Shown: positions 37,452 through 45,942, counted from the first letter of the stretch. The stretch: 64,000 nucleotides of DNA from an uncultured Gemmatimonadales bacterium (GCA_963835535.1 CAWIFL010000013.1:3046-67045), one strand, 5' to 3'. Numbers and translations are program-made. The notes: a model not told the origin generated them from the sequence alone.

Positions 37452-38743
37452 TCCGCGTCCGTTTCGCCCCGTCCCCCACCGGCAGCCTGCACGTCGGGGG
37501 CGCGCGCACCGCGCTCTTCAACTGGCTGTTCGTCCAGCACGCCCGGATGCACGGCCCCCCCTCCGACCGCGACGCTGTGTTCGTCCTCCGCGTCGAGGAC
37601 ACCGACAAGCAGCGCTCCACGGACGAGTTCACGAAGGTCATCCTCGACGGGATGACGTGGCTCGGCCTGACGTGGGACGAGGGCCCGCTCTTCCAGGGCG
37701 CCGCTCTCGCACGCCACCAGGCCGACGCGCATCGGCTGCTCGACGAAGGGAAGGCGTACCTCGACGACGGGGCGATCCGCTTTCGGGTGAGCCACGAGGA
37801 AGTGGCGTGGGAGGACGCGGTCCACGGGCCGATCACCTTCCACGGGAAGGACCTCGAGGACTTCGTCATCCTCCGCGCCGACGGGACGCCCGTGTACAAC
37901 TTCGCGGTGGTCTCCGACGACATCGCGATGCGGATCACACACGTCTTCCGCGGCGACGACCACATCTCGAACACGCCGAAGCAGATCCTGCTCTACCGCG
38001 CCTTCGCTTTGCCGGTGCCCGTCTTCGGCCACGTGCCGATGATCCTCGGCACCGACGGCAAGAAGCTCAGCAAGCGCCACGGCGCCACCGCCGTGGCCGA
38101 CTATCAGCACCTGGGGATCCTGCCGCATGCGATGGCGAACTTCCTCGCGCTCCTCGGCTGGAGTCCCGGCGGCGACCGCGAGCTCTATTTCGACGTCGCG
38201 GAGCTGATCGAAGCGTTCACGTTCGAGGGGGTGCTGAAGAAGGCGGCGGTCTTCGATCCGAAGAAGCTGGAGTGGATGAACGGCGAGCACTTGAGGCACC
38301 TCGGTCCCGCGCGGCTGGTGCCCCAGGTATTCGAGCCCTCCGACGCGGTGGACCAGCAGCGGGCGGAGGCGATCGTGGCTGCCGTCCTGCCGCGGAGCTG
38401 GACCGTGCTCGACGTCCGTCGTCAGGCCCGGCTGCGCGCGGGGCTCGACCCGGTGGTCTTCGACGAGAAGGCCACGGAAGCAGTCGCCAAGGACCCGGCG
38501 GCCTACCGGGCGGCGCTGACCGACGCGGTCCAGGCGCTGGAGGGCGTGTCGGACTGGACACCGGCCCTGCTCGAGGCCGCGCTGCGCCAGCTGGCCGTGG
38601 CGAAGGGCCTCAAGCTCGGCGCGGTGATGCAGCCGGTGCGCATCGCGCTCACCGGGGGGCTTGTTTCGGAGCCGGTCAACGAGCTGGTGGCCGTGATCGG
38701 GAAGGACGACGTGCTGAAGCGGCTGCGCGCCGCGGCCGGCTAG
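37448..38743 (+). CDS. gltX: glutamate--tRNA ligase
   Basis: Tail of ORF 35924..38743(+) from [28 protein letters not shown]. Motifs: [28 protein letters not shown] 37448 overlaps the glnS stop (GTGA). 431 aa. Confidence 0.9.
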
Positions 38744-39198
38744 GCGAGGTCGGTCCTCGTCGGAACGCGCGGCAGCGTCTTCCAGGCCGCGCGGAGGAAG
38801 GCCTCGCAGTGTCCCTCCTTGAGGAACACCTCGACGGCTTGCGCAGTGGTGTACCGGTCCATCCCCCAGAGACTCGCCCGCTTCTCCTCGCCGTCCCACC
38901 TGCCCTGGACGAATACGCGGTCGTCGCGCCGGACGAGCATCGGCAGCTCCTCGACCAGGCTGGCGGCGAGGGCGTTGACGCCGGGACCGCCCACGGCGAC
39001 GGCCGAGCAGAGGTGGAAGATCCGGTTTTGCGCGAACCAGGCGTCGGAGACGACGACGGCGCCGCGGAAGGTCTTCCCTTCCCCGCGCCGGTCGATCTCG
39101 GCCTTGAGCCGGTAGGCGAGCGGCCGGTCGTTCATCTCGGCCGGGATCTCGGTCCCGGTGACGATCAGGATCGTGTCGTCCGTGTCGATCAGCTTCAC
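38740..39198 (-). CDS. hypothetical protein (152 aa), unknown family
   Basis: Tail of ORF 38740..39633(-) from VKLIDTDDTILIVTGTEIPAEMNDRPLAYRL. The composition is non-repetitive and GC3 is coding-like. GTG 39198 overlaps the upstream stop (GTGA). Confidence 0.6.
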   Translation of the reverse strand: MKLIDTDDTILIVTGTEIPAEMNDRPLAYRLKAEIDRRGEGKTFRGAVVVSDAWFAQNRIFHLCSAVAVGGPGVNALAASLVEELPMLVRRDDRVFVQGRWDGEEKRASLWGMDRYTTAQAVEVFLKEGHCEAFLRAAWKTLPRVPTRTDLA

Positions 39199-40061
39199 GG
39201 CTGGGCCGGCTGCTGCGGCTGCGGCTGCTGCTCCTGCCGCTCCTTGTCCTTCCGGGCCCTGAGGTCGCGGACCGCCTGGCGGAACGCGTCTTCCGACTCG
39301 GAGCGCGCCGCGGCGCGGAGGATGTCGGCGCGCATCCCCATCAGGGCGTTGTTGGCCCGCGCCTGATCGATGTTCCCCTGCGGCATGGAGAGGAACGCCA
39401 GAAGCGGGGTCGGGATGGTGAAGCTTCCGAGGTGCAGCCCCTGGGCGTCGAGTCCGTACGTCTTGCCGCCGGATTTGAAGGTCCACGGGCGCGAGGTGTA
39501 GGGATCGGCGTAGGGGTCCCGCACCGGGTGCTTCTCCACTGAATCGGCCATCACCCGCATCCGCATCGCCACCGCCGAATCGAGGCGGATCGGACGATTC
39601 GAGAAGGTCAGGTCGATCAGCGGCCGCACCCACGCGGCCCCGTTGCCGAGCGCGGGCTGGAGCGCGGCCACGCCGCGGCCGGCGTAGTCACGCCCCGAGC
39701 GCGCGCCGCGGGCCGCGGTGCTCGTCGTGTCGCTGCCGCCGCCTCCGGCGTGGAACGTCAGCAGCGTGGTGTCCAGCGGCTCCACGGTGACGGGACCCGG
39801 GCCGACCGGCACGCCGGCCGCGCGCGCGCGCCGTCGCGGCGCCGCCGAGGGCCCGGGGAGACTGAAGACCACCTTCTGGTTCCCCGCCGGCGGCGCCGGC
39901 GCAAGCAGGAAGATGGTCGCCTGATCGCCGGCGAAGCGATGCTCCAGGCTCGACTCCACCACGGCCGTCAGCACCACGAAGTGGACCGCCACCGAAGGGA
40001 CGAGCCACCACCGCGGGGAGGCGCGGCCGCTCGGGAGGACGAAGCTCCTACGCTCTGGCAA
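39195..40061 (-). CDS. hypothetical membrane-anchored protein with Gln/Pro-rich tail
   Basis: ORF 39195..40061(-), TTG start overlapping the aminotransferase 3' end by 14 nt. One TM helix (WWLVPSVAVHFVVLTAVV). The conserved-looking C-domain ends in ..KDKERQEQQPQPQQPAQP. Confidence 0.6.
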   Translation of the reverse strand: MPERRSFVLPSGRASPRWWLVPSVAVHFVVLTAVVESSLEHRFAGDQATIFLLAPAPPAGNQKVVFSLPGPSAAPRRRARAAGVPVGPGPVTVEPLDTTLLTFHAGGGGSDTTSTAARGARSGRDYAGRGVAALQPALGNGAAWVRPLIDLTFSNRPIRLDSAVAMRMRVMADSVEKHPVRDPYADPYTSRPWTFKSGGKTYGLDAQGLHLGSFTIPTPLLAFLSMPQGNIDQARANNALMGMRADILRAAARSESEDAFRQAVRDLRARKDKERQEQQPQPQQPAQP

Positions 40062-41217
40062 GCACGCGCCCCAGGCGCTCCGCGCCTTCCGCGAGCCGCT
40101 CCACGCCGACCGTCAGCGCGATGCGGAAGAACCCCTCCCCCGACGGGCCGAACGCGCTCCCCGGCAGGGTGATCACGCCTTCCTCATCCATGGCCTGCTT
40201 CGTGAACTCCGCCGATTTCATCCCGTCGGGGAGCGGCACCCAGAGGTAGAGCGTCGCCTTGGGCGGCGCGACTTCGAAGCCCGCCGCGGCGAGGGCCTTC
40301 AGGGTGACGTCGCGGCGCGACTCGTACAGGCGCACCGTGTCCTTCGCCATCTCCTCGGCGCGGTCCAAGACGGCGGCGCCGGCCGCCTGGATCGCGAGGA
40401 ACGGCCCGGTGTCGTGGTACGACTTGACGGTGGTCAGCGCCTTGATCAGCTCGCGGTTGCCCACGACCCATCCGAGCCGCCACCCGGTCATCGAGAAGGT
40501 CTTCGAGCAGGAGTGGAACTCCAGCGCGACGTCCCGCGCGCCCTCGATCTCGAAGATGCTCGGCGCCTTGTAGCCGTCGAAGGTGACCTCGACGTAGGGG
40601 TTGTCGTACGCGAGCGCGATCGCGTACTCGCGGCACACCGCCACGGTGCGCTCGAGATAGTCGCGCGGCGCGACGGCGGCCGTGGGGTTGTTCGGGTAGT
40701 TGAGGTAGACCAGGCGCGTCCGGCGCAGCACGTCGCGCGGCAGCTCGCCCAGCTCGACCAGGAAGTTCTTCTCCGCGAGGAGCGGCGCGATGCGCGGCTC
40801 GGCGCCCGAGGCGATCGCGCCCCCGATGTAGCACTGGTACCCCGGCTCCGGCACGAGGCAGACGTCGCCCGGCTCGCAGGTCGCGAGCGCCAGGTGCGCC
40901 AGCCCCTCCTTGGACCCCAGCAGCGGGAGCACCTCCGCCATCGGATCGAGGACCGTGCCGAACCGCCGCTTGTGGTAGCGCACGACGGCCTCGCGGAACG
41001 CGGGCAGGCCGAGCTGGAAGCCGTACCGGCTCATCGCCGGGTCCTTGAGCGCCTCCGTCAGGGCCCGCACCGCGACCGCGGGCGGCGGCACGTCCGCGTC
41101 CCCCGCCCCGAGGTCGATGACGTCCACGCCCGCCGCCAGCAGCTCCCGCTTGCGACGCGGGATCTCGGCGAGGGGGTAGCCGGGGAACTTGCCTATGCGC
41201 TGGGACAGTCGGGCCAC
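40048..41217 (-). CDS. class I/II PLP-dependent aminotransferase, LL-diaminopimelate aminotransferase-like
   Basis: Tail of ORF 40048..41316(-) from VARLSQRIGKFPGYPLAEI. Motifs: LGAGDADVPPP, NYPNNPT, SCSKTFSMTGWRLGW (PLP Lys). GTG at 41217. Confidence 0.8.
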   Translation of the reverse strand: MARLSQRIGKFPGYPLAEIPRRKRELLAAGVDVIDLGAGDADVPPPAVAVRALTEALKDPAMSRYGFQLGLPAFREAVVRYHKRRFGTVLDPMAEVLPLLGSKEGLAHLALATCEPGDVCLVPEPGYQCYIGGAIASGAEPRIAPLLAEKNFLVELGELPRDVLRRTRLVYLNYPNNPTAAVAPRDYLERTVAVCREYAIALAYDNPYVEVTFDGYKAPSIFEIEGARDVALEFHSCSKTFSMTGWRLGWVVGNRELIKALTTVKSYHDTGPFLAIQAAGAAVLDRAEEMAKDTVRLYESRRDVTLKALAAAGFEVAPPKATLYLWVPLPDGMKSAEFTKQAMDEEGVITLPGSAFGPSGEGFFRIALTVGVERLAEGAERLGRVLARA

Positions 41218-41354
41218 CGGTCGGCTCCGGAGAGGCGGGTGCACGAGACCGCGGGATCCACCAGGATTACGTCCGGCGGCGCGCTCGTGCTGCACGCCGC
41301 ACTCATACCCCACCACGGATGAAAAGTACGTCCGGCGCGGCGATCAAGCACCAC

Positions 41355-41975
41355 CTAGCGCGCCCGGACGGGATTTCTGAGCACGCCGACGCCCGGGACC
41401 TCGACTTCGACCACGTCGCCGTCCACGAGGGGCCCGATCCCGGCGGGCGTGCCGGTCGCCACCAGATCCCCCGGCTCCAGCGTCATGACCCGCGAGATGA
41501 ACGCGAGCAGCGCCGGGATGCCGAACACCATGTCCGCGGCGCGTCCCCGCTGGCGCTCCACCCCATTCACCCGGCAGACGACTTCAAGGGCCGAGAAGTT
41601 AAAGGACGCGTCCACCGGCTGGAGCCTCGGCCCCATCGGGCAGAACGTGTCGAACCCCTTGGCCCGGGTCCACTGCCCGTCGGACTTCTGGAGATCGCGC
41701 GCCGTCACGTCGTTGACGCAGGTGAGCCCCAAGACCGCGGCACGCGCCGCCGCCTCGTCGCCCCGGCAGAGCCGCGTCCCGATGATCACGCCGATCTCGC
41801 CCTCGTGCTCGACCCGCCGCGACATGTCGGGCAGGAGGATCGGCTCGCCGTCGAAGACGACGGACGAGGGAGGCTTGAGGAACAGGAGGGGCTCCTTCGG
41901 CACCTCGTTCCCCAGCTCCTTCGCGTGCTCGACGTAGTTGCGACCGACACAGACGATCTTGCCGGGTCTCCGCAT
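41355..41975 (-). CDS. fumarylacetoacetate hydrolase (FAH) family protein
   Basis: Tail of ORF 41355..42083(-). GAGGAG precedes ATG 41975. N-terminus: MRRPGKIVCVGRNYVEHAKE. Motifs: HEGEIGVIIG, NDVTARDLQ, KGFDTFCPMGP, ATGTPAGIG. Confidence 0.85.
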   Translation of the reverse strand: MRRPGKIVCVGRNYVEHAKELGNEVPKEPLLFLKPPSSVVFDGEPILLPDMSRRVEHEGEIGVIIGTRLCRGDEAAARAAVLGLTCVNDVTARDLQKSDGQWTRAKGFDTFCPMGPRLQPVDASFNFSALEVVCRVNGVERQRGRAADMVFGIPALLAFISRVMTLEPGDLVATGTPAGIGPLVDGDVVEVEVPGVGVLRNPVRAR

Positions 41976-41995
41976 CGGACGGCTCCTCAGGTGGA

Positions 41996-42153
41996 GGCGT
42001 GAGAGGTGAGACGTGAGAGGAACAAGTGAGAGGGTAAGATGCGTGAGAGGTGAGAAGGAGAGGCGTGAGAGGTCCCCTCTCACGCCCTTGCCCTCTCACG
42101 TCTCACGCCGTTCGCCCTCTCACTTCTCACCTGTCCCCCTCACTTCTCACGCC
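41996..42153. repeat. 158-nt imperfect palindrome built from GTGAGAGG (left arm) and CCTCTCAC (right arm) units
   Basis: GTGAGAGG is at 41999, 42013, 42026, 42043 and 42065. CCTCTCAC is at 42076, 42092 and 42116, plus shorter (T)TCTCAC/CCCTCAC copies out to 42150. The perfect central stem is GGCGTGAGAGG (42062-72), loop tcc, CCTCTCACGCC (42076-86). The outermost 10-11 nt are also complementary. Confidence 0.85.
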
Positions 42154-44653
42154 GTGAAGTTCGAAGAACTCCCTGATCTGCCTGATCAGTTCGTGCCACG
42201 GCCCCATGAACCTGCGTCGCGTCCGGCAGTCCCTCCAGGAGCGCGCCGCCGTACCGCTTCCGCAGCACCCGCGGGTCCAGCAGCACCACCACGCCGACGT
42301 CCGTCCGCGAGCGGATGAGCCGGCCGAAGCCCTGCTTGAGCTTCAGCGCGGCGAGCGGCACCAGGTACTCGTTGAACGGGTCGCCGCCGGACGCCTCGAT
42401 GGCCTCGCAGCGCGCGGCGGTGAGCGGCTCGGTCGGCACGCGGAACGGCAGCTTGGCGATCACCAGGGCGCGGAGCGCGAGCCCGGGCACGTCCACGCCT
42501 TCCCAGAACGAGTCCGTGCCCAGGAGGATGGCCGAGCCGGCGTCGCGGAAGCGGCGCAGCAGCTGGTCGCGCGGCGCGTCCCCCTGCACCAGCAGCGGCC
42601 AGCGGCCGGCGACGTCGGCGCGCGCGCCGAGCGCGGCGGCCGCCTGCCGCAGGGCGCGGTGGCTCGTGAAGAGGACGAACAGCCCGCCGTCGGAGGCGTG
42701 CGCGACGTCGGCCGCGATCTCGGCGACCCGCGCGCCGTGTCCCTCCGCGTCGTCCCGCGGCTCGGGCAGGTCGTCGGGCACGACGAACAGGCACTGGTCG
42801 CGGTAGTTGAAGGGCGACGGCAGCACCTCGCGCACCCCTTCGCGCGAGGGCGGCAGGTCGAGGCCGAGGCGCCGCGCGAGGAACTCGAAGGAGCCCCCGG
42901 TCGCCAGCGTCGCGCTGGTCAGGGTGATCGTCTCGACCCGGTCGAAGAGCATCTCCTTGAGGAGCGGCGCCAGCTCCAGCGGCACGGCGGCGAGCGCGAC
43001 GTGCGCGCCGCCGCGCCGCTCGATCCACCGCACCGTCGGGGGCAGGCCGGCCGGGGGCCGGAGCGTCGTGCGCACCGCGTCGCGCGCCGCCTCCAGACGG
43101 TTGGAGAGCCCGCGCAGCTCGCCCGCCAGCGACTGGATCCGGTCCGCCCCTTCCTCCGACCCCAGCCGCTCCACGAGGGCCACCACGGCCTCCCGGACCA
43201 GGCCGAGCGCGTAGCCGAAGTTGTCGAGCGCGTCGCCGAGCCCGCCGCCGGCGGCCGACCAGATGGGGTCGGCGGCGAACGCGTCGCCCAGGCGGACGAC
43301 GTTGTCGGCCTTGCCGGCCAGGTAGGCGTCGAGGATCCGGAAGAGCAGCTCGGCGCTGCGCCGCGCGTCCGCCAGCGCCGGGCGGAGGCGCGATTCGATC
43401 TGCTGCATGGCCGTCTCGCGCAGGGGCTCGTCCGCCTCGGCCGCGAGCGCGCCCCGCAGCGCCGGCAGGACGCCGCGGTTGCCACGCTCCAGCCGCGACA
43501 GCATCCGCTCCACGCCGCGCGACGTGGCCTGCATGCCGAGGTGCGTGGCGGCCGTGTCCTCCAGGTGGTGCGCCTCGTCGAGCACGAGGCGGCGATACGG
43601 CGGGAGCACCGCCGCCTCCTCGAAGTTCCCCTGGGCGCGCCGCACGGCGAGATCGCTCGCCAGGAGGTGGTGGTTCACCACCACCACGTCCGCGTCGGCG
43701 GCGCGGCGCCGCGCCTCGAAGACGAAGCACCCGTCGAAGTGCGGACAGCGCAGCCGGGTGCACAGGTCCGACTCGGCCGCGACCTCGTCCCACACCTCGG
43801 AGCTGGGCGTGAACGACAGGTCCGAGAGGCTGCCGTCCGACGTGTGCGCCGCCCACGACGCAATGGCTTCCAGCTCGTCGCGGCGGTCCGGCTCGAGGAG
43901 CGTGCCGACGCCCCGCCGCGCCTGCTCCAGTCGCGTCAGGCAGACGTAGTTGCGCCACCCCTTGAGCAGCGCGTAGCGCACCGGACGGTCCTCGGTGCCG
44001 AGGGCGCGGGCCAGCAGCGGGAGGTCCTTCCCGACCAGCTGCTCCTGCAGGTTGATGGTGTTCGTGGAGACGATGGTGCGCTCGCCGTTCACCACGGCCC
44101 ACCGGATCGCCGGCACGAGGTACGCGAAGCTCTTCCCGATCCCGGTCCCGGCCTCGAGCACCGCGATCGAGCCGTCGTTGTACGCGTCGGCGATGTAGGC
44201 CGCCATGTCGCGCTGGGCCTGGCGGTCCTCGTGCGCGCCCAGCTCGCGCGCCACGGGGCCCGCGGGCGCGAGGAGCCGCGCAACGGCGACGGCATCGAGC
44301 GGCTCGGTGCCGCGCGGCTTCGGCACCTCGACGACGACGTACAGCTCGTCGGCCCGGTTGTCCACGATCCCGAAGCCGATGCCGCCGTCGTGCAGGCGCA
44401 CCGCGACGTCGAGATCGGCGTTCGAGGGCTCGAGCAGCCCGCTCGGGTGGTTGTGGAGCACCATCTGCCCGCGGGACGCGACGCCCGGCAGGGCGAGCAC
44501 CGCGTCCACGGTACCGCGCGCGACGGGCTCCGCTCCCCGCACCGTGCCATCGGCGGCGACGTCGGCGACGAACGAAACCTCGCGGCCGCCGGCCTCCGCG
44601 ATCGCCGCGGCGATGGCGGAGCGGGCCGCGGCGCCGAGCCGCGCGGTGCTCAC
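42140..44653 (-). CDS. fusion protein: RadC-like JAB/MPN domain + DinG/Rad3-family ATP-dependent DNA helicase
   Basis: Tail of ORF 42140..44950(-) from VSTARLGAAARSAI. JAB motif: MVLHNHPSGLLEPSNADLDV. Helicase motifs: LEAGTGIGKS (Walker A), VLDEAHHL (DEAH), LTSATL, GTDSFWEGVD, QGFGRLIRS. GTG 44653 overlaps the upstream stop (GTGA). The last ~22 codons look frameshifted; the alternative end is 42127. Confidence 0.85.
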   Translation of the reverse strand: MSTARLGAAARSAIAAAIAEAGGREVSFVADVAADGTVRGAEPVARGTVDAVLALPGVASRGQMVLHNHPSGLLEPSNADLDVAVRLHDGGIGFGIVDNRADELYVVVEVPKPRGTEPLDAVAVARLLAPAGPVARELGAHEDRQAQRDMAAYIADAYNDGSIAVLEAGTGIGKSFAYLVPAIRWAVVNGERTIVSTNTINLQEQLVGKDLPLLARALGTEDRPVRYALLKGWRNYVCLTRLEQARRGVGTLLEPDRRDELEAIASWAAHTSDGSLSDLSFTPSSEVWDEVAAESDLCTRLRCPHFDGCFVFEARRRAADADVVVVNHHLLASDLAVRRAQGNFEEAAVLPPYRRLVLDEAHHLEDTAATHLGMQATSRGVERMLSRLERGNRGVLPALRGALAAEADEPLRETAMQQIESRLRPALADARRSAELLFRILDAYLAGKADNVVRLGDAFAADPIWSAAGGGLGDALDNFGYALGLVREAVVALVERLGSEEGADRIQSLAGELRGLSNRLEAARDAVRTTLRPPAGLPPTVRWIERRGGAHVALAAVPLELAPLLKEMLFDRVETITLTSATLATGGSFEFLARRLGLDLPPSREGVREVLPSPFNYRDQCLFVVPDDLPEPRDDAEGHGARVAEIAADVAHASDGGLFVLFTSHRALRQAAAALGARADVAGRWPLLVQGDAPRDQLLRRFRDAGSAILLGTDSFWEGVDVPGLALRALVIAKLPFRVPTEPLTAARCEAIEASGGDPFNEYLVPLAALKLKQGFGRLIRSRTDVGVVVLLDPRVLRKRYGGALLEGLPDATQVHGAVARTDQADQGVLRTSRREK

Positions 44654-45942
44654 GTCTTGAGTTCGCGCTTGCGCGCCGCGGGGAAGAGCACGTTGTTGAG
44701 AATGAGCCGGTAGCCCGGCGATGTCGGATGCAGCGACAGGTCGGTCGGCGGACTCCCGACCTGGTGCTGCGGGTCCTCGGGGTCGTGGCCGCCCAGGTAG
44801 GTCCAGGTCCCGCGGCCCAGGTCGCCGTGGATGTACTTCACCCACGGCGCGCCCGCCTCGTCGGCCAGGACGATGTCGGCGGCCTTGAGGGTGCGGCGCG
44901 TGAAGCTCGTGGTGATGCCGTAGAAGTCCGGGATCACCTGCCGGTGACACTGCACCAGCATCGTCGGCACGGGATCAATCTTGGCGCTGAAGTTGAACAG
45001 CGCGAACGCGCCGAGCGGCTGGCGCAGCCCCGGGTTGTTGACCTGGTGCCCGTCGATGTCCGAGAAGGCCGGGATCGCCGGGTTCTTCTCGAGGTGCGCG
45101 TCCTTGCACGCCAGCGCCTGGGTCCAGTCGAGCTTGGCGTCGGCGTCGGGATCCATCGGCGTGCCGTCGGCGAACTCCGCGGCGATGTCCACGTCGTGCG
45201 CGGCCAGGGCCAGCTCCAGGGTCTCGGTCGCCGTGCACATCGCGAACAGGAAGCCGCCGCCGTCCACGAAGGCGCGGATGCGGCGGGCCACCGCCTTCTT
45301 CAGGGCGGGCACGTCGTCGAACGAGAGGGTGCGCGCCACCGCCTGGTTCTCCTGCACCATGTCGGCGAGCCAGGCCGCGCCGGCGTAGGAGAGGTAGAAC
45401 TTGGAGTACTGGCCGGTGAAGTCCTCGTGGTGCAGATGCAGCCAGTCGAAGTCGGCCAGCCGCCCGCCCAGGACTTCGGTGTCCCAGACGCGCGTGAAGG
45501 GGATGTCGGCGTAGCGGAGCGCGAGCGTCACCGCGTCGTCCCAGGGCGGAGCGAAGGGCGGCGAGTAGATGGCGACGCGCGGCGCCTTCTCGAGCGGCAC
45601 GGCGTCCATGTTGCCCTGCTCGATGGTGCCCCGGATGTCGAGCACGTCGGCGTCCGACACGCTCAGGGCGGCGACGCCCGCCAGCGTGGCGGCGCGCCGC
45701 GCGATCCCGTCGTCCGGGATGAGGAACGACCCCCCGCGATAGTTGAGCAGCCACTCGGTGTGGCCGCCGCGCTTGACGGCGTCGTACGCGAGGCCGTAGG
45801 CCTTGAGGTGGTTGGTCTGCTCCTCGTCCATCGGCACGAGCAGGGACGCCGCACCTCCGTGCGTCCGTGCGTCCGTGCGTCGGTGCGTCCAGGCGAGGGC
45901 GCCCGCGCCGGCCATCGCGCCGAGGAAGTCCCGCCGCTTCAC
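44650..45942 (-). CDS. Tat-signal secreted protein of unknown function (GATase1-like fold suspected)
   Basis: Tail of ORF 44650..46989(-) from VKRRDFLGAMAGAGALAW (RRxFL twin-arginine motif). The conserved-looking body includes EEQTNHLKAYGLAYD..WLLNYRGGSF..GGFLFAMC. GTG 45942 overlaps the TPR gene stop (GTGA). The fold assignment is a recollection, not a search result. Confidence 0.65.
   Translation of the reverse strand: MKRRDFLGAMAGAGALAWTHRRTDARTHGGAASLLVPMDEEQTNHLKAYGLAYDAVKRGGHTEWLLNYRGGSFLIPDDGIARRAATLAGVAALSVSDADVLDIRGTIEQGNMDAVPLEKAPRVAIYSPPFAPPWDDAVTLALRYADIPFTRVWDTEVLGGRLADFDWLHLHHEDFTGQYSKFYLSYAGAAWLADMVQENQAVARTLSFDDVPALKKAVARRIRAFVDGGGFLFAMCTATETLELALAAHDVDIAAEFADGTPMDPDADAKLDWTQALACKDAHLEKNPAIPAFSDIDGHQVNNPGLRQPLGAFALFNFSAKIDPVPTMLVQCHRQVIPDFYGITTSFTRRTLKAADIVLADEAGAPWVKYIHGDLGRGTWTYLGGHDPEDPQHQVGSPPTDLSLHPTSPGYRLILNNVLFPAARKRELKT
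45857..45888 (-). repeat. octanucleotide tandem array; minus strand reads ACGCACCG ACGCACGG ACGCACGG ACGCACGG just after the Tat signal
   Basis: The plus strand reads CCGTGCGT CCGTGCGT CCGTGCGT CGGTGCGT. It encodes ..THRRTDARTHGG.. in the same phase as the array at 24997-25028. Confidence 0.9.

Noticed and set aside
41996-42153. CRISPR array, prompted by the many short repeats.
   Set aside because: The units are only 7-8 nt, the spacers are 5-14 nt, and the two halves are inverted relative to each other. No cas genes are present. The structure is a palindromic repeat cluster, not a CRISPR array.
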